DNA of 62,837 bases, the filler included, from Choristocarpus tenellus KU-1152 (taxonomy: Eukaryota; Protista; Phaeophyceae), in the NCBI GenBank assembly GCA_964200185.2. It is 6 parts of 6 records of this genome, joined end to end, with 100 filler letters (N's around TTAATTAATTAA, not from the genome) between each part and the next. Parts side by side here need not be neighbours in the genome. Positions count along the whole stretch, not along the records: positions 1 to 11,145 come from CAXNAD020002483.1; positions 11,246 to 19,842 come from CAXNAD020004547.1; 4 more parts are not named here. The stretch is one strand, 5' to 3'. The notes under the pieces were generated by a model. The model did no database searches and was not told where the DNA came from. It saw only the letters and a program-made list of their open reading frames with translations. Positions 1-18,650 of this stretch are shown here, one piece after another; positions within the stretch are counted from its first letter, which is position 1, and every line of letters starts with the position of its first letter. Both the position numbers and the translations under genes were made by a program.

Positions 1-781
1 GGGATAAAGTGTCGATAAATGCAACATATCCCAGTCAATTTTGGGTCAAGCCCATCCTCAATGAAAAGCTCCATCCTCAATTTTTGAAATCGGCTGTTAA
101 GTCAAGAGGGAGAACAATCCCTCAAGAGATCACTCGGGAAAGGAGTGTTCCAGTAGTAACTGAATGAGGGTTTTTTGGTAAGGTCACTCCAAACCATTCG
201 ATCTTACTTCAAGCAGATGTTACCTTCAACATGCAAGAACAAACGTCATATGGATATCAGAATCTTCAAGATAGGTCACCTTCAGGGTATACCTTCTGTG
301 GAAGATGACTCTCACATGGTTTTGTAGGGAATTACAAAGCAGGTGTATAGATTGTTCTTTAGGGTGGATATCAACATTTATTTTAGTTTCTCCGTTTCAC
401 ACAATGCAAATATAGATATTACATGATATTAACTCATTTTATGATACTTACTAATTCTCTATTGTTATACTGTATTTGACTGTGCAAAGTTGTGTATTAA
501 TACATAATCAATCAAGGGTTCCGACCAACCGATCAGCAGTTTCTACCTACTGCATCTCTTATGGGTATTGATTTGAGGGCCATCTTCAATGCCCACTTCT
601 GGCCTTTCATTCTGGCATCGCTTACCTTGGGCTTGTGAGTGCAGATGTATCTCTCCGCTCTCCGAACCTACACCATGTGGTGATACACTAGTTGACTACT
701 TGCTTTTCTCCCATACTATTGATCCCTCCATATGCCTAAGAACTCCTCCTAAAACAACCGCCATGCAGTGAAACTGTGCGA

Positions 782-3610
782 ATGGGGACTCGAAATCTAA
801 GAGGTATTCAGCCCCCGATGAATGCAGTATTGCCTCTTAATCCCACAACACGAAACACTGGTCTAGACAGCGTTGTGCGAGGCGATGGCCATCAGCTCCC
901 ATTACACCTTGTGGTATTAGGTAAGAAAGAGAAGGAATAAGGCATAAAGGATCTCTTGTAGTGATATCCCCAGTGGTCAGAGGCCATTTGCGATCTGGTG
1001 GTCTTTACGAGTGACAAAGGAAACAGCAACTCTGTACATTTCCACATTGTTCCTCATCTTTTCCCATTACTATATTGTTGTTCTCACATAGTAGCTTCGA
1101 GCTCCTCTTCTTGAAAGCACCCCCCCTCAGTGGCTCTGCTCCACCTGTAAAGGGAGGTCGTCACCTGTGTATACCCTCACCGATGAAATCGCCGATAAAC
1201 CCCGATTTCGAGAAACTAAGTAAATTTGAACGATATTGATACCTCGATTCTGGCATACGCTAAATGGGGCCTCGAAAATTGGGCTCCCCTGCAAATCAAC
1301 CCACCTCTCCCCACGCATCTCACCTCACCCTGGCGAGAACTCTGTCAACAGATGTTCCCACCTTTTGCTGAAGTGGTCGGGTCTTGACCTCTCACCCAAC
1401 CTCCCGCTGTCATTGACTTGTCCCCACAGTTCATGGTCTGAAAGGGAAACCAGAGGATATGACATACTTGAAGGAAGCGCTTGACAGTGTTGGAGGCAGC
1501 AATGTTCTGGTGCACCTAGCCCGTTGCAATGAAAAAAATACCTTTGATGGCGTTGTTAACGGCGGCACACGCCTCGCAAAGGAGGTGGGTAACCTCCGTC
1601 CATATCTCCACTGTCCTTTCCCATTTCATCTCACTGTATTCTGTGCGTGTGAGTTGGTTTTATTACTATAAATTTTACATAATCCAATGTATGCTGTGCA
1701 CCATTCGCGCCTTTCCTCTCGCACACAATGTGGTCATTGGCATACATGGAGGTACACATATGCTTTCTCACCACTTTTAATACCATATCCCTCAGTAGAC
1801 TACCTATGATACCATTTGTTAATAGTGCTAATCTGCTGTACTAATATCGACACATCTGATTCAATTATCAATATTTTGCTCTAGATCGAGGGGGTGATCA
1901 AGGCCAACCCATCCCTAGCATGGATAAGCGTGGTGGGCAACAGTCTTGGGGGACTTTATAGCCGATATGCTGTGAAGCTTCTATTTCGCCGTGAACAGGG
2001 AGTTACCCCAGAGGAATCTTCCGTTTTGACTGCTGAGGCTGTAGCAGCCAAAGCAGATGCAACGAGCAGGACAAGGGCAGAAGTTAGGGACAGTCTCAGC
2101 ACAGGTTTTGTAGTTACAGCGGAGTTAGCCGAGAGGGAGATGATATCAAGAGAAGTGTCAGGTGCTTCCAATGATAATATAGTGCGCTCTTCAGATATTG
2201 ATAGTGGGGTAGATGGATGCTTCTCGGTAAGTAGGAATGCAGGAGTTGAGCAGCAAGAGAGAGTGGGAGAGAAGCAAGATGACGGTGCTGGGGTGTGTAT
2301 GAGGCAAGGGGAAGGGAATAGAGGAGGGGTGAAAGGTGATGGTAAGGAGGGGAAAGTCACTGTGGGGGGTCTGTGCCCCGTGGTCTTCATGACCATTGCC
2401 ACACCCAACTTGGGTGTACGGGATCATACGTACATTCCTGTGCCTGGGCCTCTACGTCCACTGGCTAGTGTACTTATTGGACGGACAGGATCTGATCTCT
2501 TTCTTGATGATTGCAAGAAGGGAGGAGGGAAAGAGCAGTCAGGGGAGAGGGAGGCGGAGGTCAAGATGATGACAAAGACAAGAAATGAAATGCTTGTGAG
2601 TCAGAAACGAGAAGTGGGTGAAAGGAAGGACAGTCATAAAAGAAAAATGTCGCCACCCTTGCTGTTTGATATGGCCACAAAAGATGAATTCCTAGATTCA
2701 CTGAAGGCGTTTGCACGAAGGAGGGTCTATGCTAACCGCCGAGGGGACTTTATGGTTCCTTTTGGAACTGCCGCATTCCATGAGCCTGGTGAGGTCCACA
2801 CCAGTGAGATATGTTGGGATCGTAAGGCAGTTAACTGGGCAGAAGAAATATTGGGAAGGGTGCTAGGGAGGAGCGAGGGGCAGATTGTTGGGATGGTCCA
2901 AGTTTTACCTAAGGCAGGTGAGGGAGAAGGGTGTGGCAGTGAGGCTACGGGTTTGAGACGCCTTAGATCCTGGTCAGGATTTGAGACCGAAGGACCTTGT
3001 GAGGAGCAAAAGGTGTCAAGGTCAACAATGAAGGCCATGGTTGCTGGATTGAACTCCTGTGGGTGGGAAAAGGTCAGTGTCCTACTCATGCTCCTGGATA
3101 GGGTTTGCAAGGGGAGGGGGTTGGGATTGGGGGTGCTTTCTCTGTCCAACTTTTGACTTCTCTATGGTTGAGGACAAGACACTCATCAAGCTAAAACAGG
3201 TTCTGGTATATATAGATGGGCTTTTTGCTTGTGTAGAGTGAGAGGAGATTTGGTCCTTATTTGTTCCTGGCAGGAAGTAGTGTATATTTTGTTTTGTGTT
3301 TGTGGAGCATGATCTTCATGCTAAAGCTTGTTCTGTCACTGAATCGTACCATTTACACAAGTAGTGCTCTCTTTAAACTGCAATGCTGCAACTGTTGCTG
3401 CATTGCTCTACTCTCCCTACTCAACATGACCAGGTGTTTGTGGACTTTGGTGGTGTACTTCCCTTCTCCCACAACAAAATATGTGCATTGTCACGGAACC
3501 TATTGACCTCCAATCTCTACCGTTCAGGCAGAAGAATCATGGATCATGCTGCTGATTATATTATTCAGAGTGGTATCAGCTATGGTGCTGATGTTTGTAA
3601 TGATATGTGA
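782..3610 (+). CDS. DUF676 / putative serine esterase-lipase (alpha/beta hydrolase); exons 782-920, 1430-1584, 1885-3072, 3434-3610
   Basis: Exons join in frame through GT-AG sites. Motifs: HLVVL|VHGLKG (oxyanion strand), NTFDGVVNGGTRLAKE, ISVVGNSLGGLYSRYA (GxSxG nucleophile elbow), FMTIATPNLG, RRVYANRRGDFMVPFGTAAF, FSHNKICA. The start ATG (first in-frame ATG after a stop at 737) is less certain. Confidence 0.85.
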
Positions 3611-5386
3611 TTTGAAGACTGTCTTCTAGAACAGCAGATTGTGCAGAGGGATCAACAAGGCCAGCAGATAAGTAACACTGAGGAGGGGGTTGGAATGTTC
3701 AAACTTTTCTCCTGTGTTCCTGTTTTTAGAGTAGTTTTGACATTGTGTGTAGAGAGTATGGGTGTGGGCACAAATGGGAGAGGCTATGTTATTGTAGGAC
3801 AAAGAATCCAACCCTAACCTAACCCCTTTTCATTTATGTAAGTTGCATTATATTATGTCAGTCCTGTAGTGCGTTTTTTCTGACATATTGTTTGATGATA
3901 CAATCCTTATAACAGGCAAGAATATGGAAATAGATTAGGTATGCTATAGCATGAGTTTGCGTGCAAAGGTTGATGCTGTGACCTTCGATTCTAGAATGTT
4001 TCATGGCCAAACCCATTACCAGACGTTTGGATGTCACTGAAAATGTGCACATACACTGAATTCTCTTTCGTACAAGTTGCCCAGTAATTACTCTGTAATA
4101 TTCTCGAGTGCACTAAACAAGTCGCTTGCATGATGTAAGTGTTGTGTTCCATAAATTCTCCATGCTCAGTCATAATATGTTGTACTATCTTGTTTAATCT
4201 GACTTTTTCATAAGCTCTGTCCCTGGCATTGGGTGACAATGTGCATCTCAAAACCTCAAAGCACCTGAATGTGTTCGCATCCCCATGCTTGTTACACTTG
4301 AGACCTTTGTATTCAAATGAGGTTTGATGCAGTGTGTTTCAATAAGACTATTACAAATTAAATGTTGGAGAAAAATAACATATTGTTGCTTGCATGAGAT
4401 TTTTATGGAACCACAAATCAGCACTTCTAGGCCCCACATTAGTTCCTTGGGTGCACAGATGACCAACTACCTTTGTGCCATCTCATATCCTGTGACATAC
4501 CCAGCTGTTACATCTTATGTCCGTGCAGACATGATGAGAGTGAAAAATTTGGGATGTAAACATTTTTTATCCTTCAGAATGCACAACGACCATAGAATGT
4601 CCTTTGCCTAACATAAAACGATCCTGTTGGGAGCAGAAAAAAATGAATACCTGTAAGGTTCAGGCCAGGTGCTTACACTCGTTGATGATGCAAATCATAT
4701 TAAGATTAATCAAAACCATAAATTGAGAGGTGATTTTCAATTGCATATTTTTTGCAAGGTTCACTGCACACCTTTGACCACAAAGATCAGCAATTCACAC
4801 TCTGCATATATATACTCGGTGTGTATGATTTGATAATAACGTGCATTCAAAAGTAAATTGTTAGGTCGCTAGCCGTTGGACAAGAGACTGTAGCACACAA
4901 TAGCTTACCTTCAACACACTATTATGTGATGCTTAAGCAACAATGATATTTTGTGTAAGGACAACATAGGATGGAGTTTAAGCTCGAGCTACTACAGAAC
5001 ATAACTCCAAAATATGCTATCTATGCTAAGATCAAAGTATTGTGTAAGGGCTTCTCTTCACATTGTTCATTGATCTCCAAAATTTTCACATCATTTAACC
5101 TTCAAATGTTCTTGGCAGGGCAGTACTGAAAAGTGTGTACTCCTTTTCCCTGGTCTTCCAATGGCATCACATATCCTACTTTGGCAGTCCACCAACACAC
5201 ACGTCATCCTCCCTATTCACTTCATTCCATTCATTTTGTTTAGGCATCACTAGACACACGATCTTCATCGTATCCATTCCAACATGGGACAAAAGCTAGT
5301 GCCCCCGATCCTCACTGCATTCTACCCAGTCTCAAGGTTATTGTCATTGTCCATCAACCTGAGTTCTCTTTCATCCACAATCCTCA

Positions 5387-8300
5387 TTAGAACAGAAGGC
5401 GGCTGAGAACAGCAGCTGCAACAGGAACAGTGACATTGTCATCTGTAAATGATGGTCCTCTTACCTTCCCTCCTTCAGACCCATCTACTTCGCTGGTGTT
5501 GTCCTTTTGATTGTTTGAAGGCATGAGCTCAACAAGAGCACAAGCAAGAGATATAGCAGCCACACGTGTGGTCGCAGCCCCAGTGCTGATTGCCAAACAC
5601 CCTCTGGCATGGAACCAGGCAATCAGTCCACATGAGGTGAGGAAACCACCCAGGGCAAATGCCAAGGATCCCACATAGCTCTTGGAATCGCTCCACCACC
5701 ACTTGCGCTTGCCAAACCGCCGACCAACCAAGTCAGCCATCCCATCCCCTGCTGCCAGCTACACAATTTTTATTGCAAGGAACAAGGTGCATGAAAAAAA
5801 AAAAACGGTGATGAAAGGTGGGGGGGAGGAGGGTGGAGTTGTTAGGAGTTGCAGCATATTACAGGGGAAAACCCACTGCTCTCAAATAGCTGTTACTCCA
5901 AATAAACGAGAACACATAAAAATCTGCATGCACTAGTTGGGATGGATTTGGACAAGCACCTACATAAAATATGCTCATACAACAATTTTTATCCCTCTGT
6001 GCTATCGATAGCAACATAGATACTAAATACTACGTGGCAAATAATGTTTTACTACAGAATATTTACACCACAATCGGCCCAATTTGCACACTGCCAGTCA
6101 AAATATAGCTGAAATTGACCAATTTCCAAGTGACGGTTCCTTGAGAATTGAAAACTGGTCAAAACCAGTCAATGCAGTTCATGAGGCAATCCTAAACACA
6201 TGTGAAAATAATTATGAGCGCATTCTCAGTCCTTTATAATATCATGGCATGGAGATGTAATGCCAAGAATGTTGCAGTGCATCATCTGTAAGTTGTGTGT
6301 TTGAGATATTCACATTAGAACAGACAAGGTTGGGGTTGGGCTCAGGACGAGATATCCCCTTTCCTCCTTGTGTTGTTCCTCTTTCTCGCAATACTCATGA
6401 TATTTGCAAGCTGTTTCCCAATGCATAACCACTACTCTATTCCCCAAGCACTCTGAAGAACCATCTACTTGGGACACTGTATTGATGTGGCACCACTTTA
6501 CACACAACAGTATTCCAGCATGCTTGAATTGAACTATACAACCAGATAACTCTGTGTCAAAAAGTAGTAGTACATACATATTATCAACCTACAGTACAGT
6601 AATAGTGTAAAAAAATGCTGCAATACATAAATACTCTGGACTACATGAAAGTACAAATATCGAAAATAACTGTGTTATTAAACAAAAGCACTCATTGTCT
6701 AACCAAACCTGAGAAACAGCGACCATCCCCACAACTGAGCTCCGCCACCCCACAGCAGTCACCAGTGTTAACACAAGTGCATAGATCAGCGGTCCCCCCA
6801 AAGTCTCAGATGCCTTTCCAGTTCGTGAAATACCAATGACAAGCTCATTCTTCGAGGATCCTCCCAAGCTCTTGACTCCCCCCTCACCAACCCCAGAGAG
6901 GCCTGCTGCAGTCAGGCGCATTGCCTGCATAAGGGGGACCTGGGGCAGTGGCGATATTGGCCCAGGACATGGGCATGATATTTGTGAAAAGTGATGGGGA
7001 CACACCATAGTATATATACTTTAATGCACATGTGAAGTGTTTATGTGTGGGGTACGGAGGAGGTGCTCAGGTTCTCAAAAGGCACCAGATATTTGGTATA
7101 GCGAGGAGAGAAAGGAGACGGGGGGGATGAGGAGGGGTGGAATACCTACAAAATGATATCAATTATTAAATGTGTAAGAATGGTCATGATAGTCCACTGC
7201 ACAGAAACAGGTTTCTCCCTGCATACTTGGAGTACACAGCAGCAATTGAGAGACAGAAGCAGTCAAAGGTGAGGAAGGGGGACGAGAATCTGTCAAGCAA
7301 GTGGGTCTGAGGGTCTGAAGTAATAACCAGGTATGATATGAGAAGACCACAAAGATGGTCATGTGGAAATGTTGAGTTCTCCTTTACACGGACAGGGAAC
7401 ATTTGCAAGAAGAAATAGAGAAGAAAAATAAGCCTAACTAGCTAAGAACAACTAATATGCATGATGGACATTGGTGGGATAAAATCAAGTGATTTTGGTA
7501 AAAATTCTGATATTCATATCCCTTGTAAATTCTCATCCATAGTATCAGTTTAGCATATCCTACAACATCCATAGAGGCCTACATCATGGTTTGTGTGTAC
7601 ATACAAAAGGCACACGTCATATGATGAGCATGTATGTGTATTTGTACAATGTTCTCACCCCTGCAGCGATGAACCTGGCTGAGGGCTCCGCCGAGAAGAA
7701 CGGCCAGAGCAGCATGAAAAGCGGACCACACGTGGTATGCACTATCTTACGTGATACCTAATCCATGGAGGGTCAGATCATGTTTTAGCCAAGGATAGGG
7801 CTCTAGACTAGGAGTGGTGTGAGACATGAGGCATAGAGGAAGGACAAGGAGGACAGAGCAAATGAGGGAGGCGCTCACATTGGGTAGGGTTGGGAGTTCA
7901 GTTGGACGGGGCAGGCCATATGTGAGAATGTTGAAACCGGAAGTTTGGATGTCTACATTTGCCAGTTAAGGCATGCGATGCAGATGCCGTCATTGAAACT
8001 CATGTCTAGGGAGGTTGGGAAGCTATTCGGACAGACCCCAGGCCCACCTGCGGTGACAGTTTGCCAGAGCGTGCGAGACTGGTGCAGACCTTGACCCAAA
8101 CTGTGCTTGCCAAAGCACAAACACCTCCCATCCCCAGATCCCAACTCAGCAGAGACACTCCTGGCGGTGGGACAAAACAGTGACTCCTTCGAGCGACAAG
8201 CGAAGGGCGTGGATATTGGAGAGGTAGCTGGGGCATAGGAGTGAGTATGAAGTTGAAGGTGGTAATGTCTGGTGTAAGAAAGGGAAAAGTCTGATCCCCA

Positions 8301-8823
8301 TGAAATGATCGAGGTCTGCAGCTGCAGTCATCTGAGTTTCAGAGAGTACAACAGGAGAAGGTCATGGCGGGAACAAGACGATAACTCCAATTCAATCTCC
8401 AAATGCATGGATTGGCCAGCAAAGAAGCTGTGGTCGCCATCCCAATGCAACCAGACCCAATTACACAAGGGGGAGGTCACTTCTAGCGCAAAAACAATCA
8501 AATAGACGATACGATCTGCTGCCCTCAATACTATAAATATTGGGACATTCATTTCAGTTCAGTAAGGTTGATTAAAGGGCAGTCGTTGACGCTAAGATGA
8601 AACTACACCTTAGAGATCCAACGCCGCTCCTTGTTGGAGTACGTTGTCGTCTTGATCTTGGGGAATTCAAGGATGAATAGGATTCATAAGTGCCGACCCA
8701 GCCAGCGCGAAAAGCCCCTGTTGGCAACGCCACAGCAGGTTGGTGGATAACTTGTCTCGTTGCACTACTCCCCGTGCGTGCTGCCAATGTAAGAACGGCG
8801 CAAAATGCGATTACCCGATTCAT
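5387..8823 (-). CDS. VTE5: Phytol/farnesol kinase (VTE5/FOLK, CTP-dependent polyprenol kinase family); exons 8823-8609, 8186-8048, 7757-7659, 6939-6709, 5758-5387
   Basis: Motifs VSRKIVHTTCGPLFMLLWPFFS, ISRTGKASETLGGPLIY, LAAGDGMADLVGRRFG, KSYVGSLAF and DDNVTVP. The last three exons are phase-consistent. The first exon and its junction (hydrophobic N-terminus followed by a Ser/Arg-rich stretch) are inferred. VTE5 versus FOLK cannot be decided here. Confidence 0.85.
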
Positions 8824-11145
8824 TACTAATCCTTGGTATAAAGCACACCACATCACCACTGATGTACAGGGTATGCGCAGAACTGCATCAACTAGAGGTG
8901 TGTTACAACTGAGTAGTTGAGACAATTTCAAGATCAGTAGTGGTCCCCCTTTAAGGCGATATTGTCCTAAATCTTTTATGTTTTTCAACTTTTTGACTGT
9001 CATTGTGGGTGAATGGGGAAGGTGACCGTTCTTTCAGAAAACTTCGTTGGCCCAAGGTAAGTTCTTTGTGCGAAGATGTGTTCTTTGCTTCATCAGATCA
9101 ATGATTGGAATTTGTGATACATTTCAAAGTTAATTGATAATTGAAGTGACCAGCTAGCAATTGAGGTTCTTTTCTAAGAAGTTTAGTTGAACTGTGGAGG
9201 ATTTTCAAAAGGATAGAAATATGACGTCTCTGGATAAGTACGTTTTGGAAACATGCATCTCCTATTATTTCTGAGAGGTTTCTTTTCTGAACTCAAACCG
9301 AACCGTGATCCTCCCCACTTTCTCCTCCTTGTCCTCGTGTCCAACCTTAACATCGCTCTCTCGGATACAGTTCGTCTTGGTCCGTTTGGTGGTCTTTTTT
9401 GCCCAGTGATTCTCTTCGCCACCCTTGCCTCAGCTACCCACGCCATCACCGAATCATACCATTCACATCGGCGACACTGCTGGTGGATTCAGATAAAGGG
9501 TGATGGGTGATTTTTTTTTAACAACTAACCAACATACCTAGCGCAAAAAGTGGAAGGCACCATCGTCGAGAATAACATCTGGATGTACTTGTCAGGGAAA
9601 CAAAGAAGGGGAGCTGAAAACTGACGAGAACAAGTCCGATCAGGATATAAGGCATCGTTTATTTTTTGTTTGTCTGTTACTAAGCATTTTTATTTGCCGG
9701 TAGTTTAACCAAGGTCATACGATAATAATCAAACTTGGCTCAGCAGTTTGCGCAAGTACCCATCTACTGCAAAATCTTCACCTGTTTCATCACGGCGGGT
9801 TCATATATCTGGTACCATTGAAGAAGAAGATGACTTCATCATTATTAACATAACAAGTGGTATGTATTTCAGAGGCATTTATTCGAAATCACCTTCAACT
9901 CAAACGTTTGGATGTACATCCTGTTCCACCGAGTGGAATAAATCTACGTACTGAAAACGGTTAACACCACATATTCATGGATTTATTCGTTTTGCACTTA
10001 CACTTGGTGGCACCACATTTCCAGTTGAAGCTTTAGTGATTCCCCAACATGGTCTCGACAAAATACTGCTTGATAATAATGTCAGGCAGGCCTTTGATTC
10101 AATACTACTTGACTAGCAAGAACAACTTCTGTCGTTTCCACAACAGTTTGTGTACCATTCTAGCAAGACATCACGCGACAAGAAGCCCCACACAACAAGC
10201 GCATGATGCAAGTAATGCTTGTTCTTGCTCTATGGTGAGTGTAAAACACGATTTCGACCCTGTATCGGTTCATTTACATTATTGGCAGTACAATATACCA
10301 CCTTGTCACGAAATCATCATACCTTGCACAACTGCTGATATCCTGTCCCCTGATACTTCCGTTGTAGTGGAGCCAATGATACCTTCCATGCATGGTGTAG
10401 ACCGGCACAATGAACCCAAACATCCATGGAATCGTATCGTTGTTGCTCGCGCCTCACAACTTGGTCGGCAAATACTGAATCAAAATTACCTCAACCGGCA
10501 AACCCAACCACATACAGGGTTCATATAAAAAAATACCTTGTGATTGACCACTTGACGCAAATTTTGGTCAGATAACCCTCAAGCATAGTACTCTGAATAA
10601 CTGATTCTGCCTCGTCCAGTGAAGTTAGGAAGGAGATACATCGAGCTTTCAGTAAGTCAAATGCTTCCAAAGATACCGCCTTCAATCGGTCACAAGCATC
10701 TCAACTCTTAGACCCGTCTACTCGTTACAAATGGTATTTTCGTGAATGCAGCAGAACCTGGTAGAAAACTCCTAGCAAAAGCAGAATTTCCTATGTAGCC
10801 TGGTACCAAGCCTGTGGATAGGAACCCGTGCACAGCAAACTTCAGGACTCAAGATGTGACTCATCGGAAGAGCAAGACATCATTGACAAGGCGTTCCAGC
10901 ATTTGAGATAGCCTTATTACCATTGTAACTAAATCTGATGATTCTCCACACTCCTGTCAAGACTATTATTGCTTGACTGTTAACAAACATCTTGTTGGAC
11001 AGACTTGGTCATGCTTGGTATGGAATTACATATTGATACTGTGGGTTGTGTGTGACAAATTTATCACCGTTGTGATATTCAGAGTGTGGAAAGCATGTTT
11101 GTCTGTTATTATACCGTTATTGCCGTATGCCATACACCGTTATAC

Positions 11146-11245
11146 NNNNNNNNNNNNNNNNNNNNNNNNNNNNNNNNNNNNNNNNNNNNTTAATTAATTA
11201 ANNNNNNNNNNNNNNNNNNNNNNNNNNNNNNNNNNNNNNNNNNNN
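11146..11245. other. Artificial contig linker N44-TTAATTAATTAA-N44 (also at 19843-19942, 24665-24764, 38418-38517, 57537-57636)
   Basis: Identical 100-nt spacer with stops in all six frames, five times. Genes and MITEs are truncated at these points. Confidence 0.98.
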
Positions 11246-12813
11246 GGGGCAGCGGTGAGGGTTTGGGGGGCTTTTTGGTGCGGGGGGGGGGGGGGGGGGG
11301 GGTGGGATGATGAATGTGTGTAATGCATGTTGTGTTAGTTATGTTATGTTGATTAAGGGGAGGAGCAATTCAAAACCTTTGCTGTTTTTTTAAATTGAAT
11401 TGTGACATAACTTAGGGTTAGGGTTAGGGTTAGTGCATGTATGTAGTATGTATTTTCTTTTGGCAGTGTTGGTACAGTGATCATCAGTACATCTCAACAA
11501 AAAATAAAATACCATGGCCTTTTTTTGATTGGTCGGTAGTGACTGCACTCATGAAGGTAGGAGGTGTTTATCAAGTCTCCGCTATGATTTGAAGGTATAT
11601 ATTTGTATTCTTTTGGATTGAGGTGATTAGTCTACCAACAAGCAAGTGCACTACCTTCTCCCTTGGATTGATTCACTCTGTATCCTGAATAGGGTTCTAT
11701 GGATTGGTGCTGGGGGGAGGGAAGTTTGGCCTGGCCTGTTTCTGTATCATGTAAGATACTTGATGATATTTGATAATGTGCAACTCACGATGTTAATGGA
11801 AATGTGAACTGGGAATAAGATGACAGGTGGATAAATACATATGCATGAAATCTTACATTTTTTAACGCAAAACTGTGACATTTGTGATGCAATTAGGGTT
11901 AGGGTTTGTCAAGGGTAATATCCTAGCATATCGTAGAGTAGGAAGTGGGATAGAAACAACACCAGTGTTGACAGCCTTGATGGAGGGCACAAATACAGTC
12001 TTGAAAATAAGATGCTTAGGGTTAGGGTTAGGGTCTGCATTTTTTTTTTGTTCCTTATATTGTCTGTGGTAAACATGACCCATTTACATTAACAGGTATG
12101 CATGTAATATCCAATTACCACTCTAAGCAGAAACTACTATTATGATTATGGTGATATTTTGAGAACTTTGTGACAGTTCTGTTGTGGACGGACCTCATAG
12201 CTATACACATATTCTAGGATGTCATTGCATAACACAGAGTCAACTTACCTCGGTTCAGTTTGCTACAGAGTGACTCCTTTTGAACTTTTAAAAAAGATAT
12301 ATCTGAAAAGGGTAACATCTGGTATTTGGGTGAATTAGTTAATGCCGTGAGAGTTCTTCTTTCTTGTATTGGCTAGAAGTAGCTGTCAAAATGACCTTCC
12401 AATGGTGTCTGTCTAGTGTACCACTTGTTGCCATATTTCAGAACAATTTTCTTTTTGTACTTCTATGAATGTATAGATGAGGCATGTGTTAGGGTTAGGG
12501 TTAGGGTCAATGTGTTTGGGTACTTCTCTCTTTTTTCTCACCATTCACAAAAGGACCATAGTCTTACATACCCATCTTCACATACAACTGTTTCACATTG
12601 ATATGGCACACGTGGGACTTAGCTGTACTTGTAGTGCATTTTTGTAGTCACCTTATCAACACTATGTTTATGGTCGCCATAGAATGCGTTTTATTTTGTC
12701 TCTGATGTCTACCCATGTCAGTACACCACTCTTTGGTTGTATTTATGTTGGACTCTTTTGATGTCATTTGATCCATGAGTGTGCGTTTCATCCTCCCAAA
12801 TGTGGGTTTCTTT

Positions 12814-18650
<5,837 letters not shown>

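Noticed and set aside
11146-11245. Recurrent TTAATTAATTAA palindrome flanked by Ns
   Set aside because: Artificial contig-joining linker. Adjacency of genes across the five linkers has no biological meaning.
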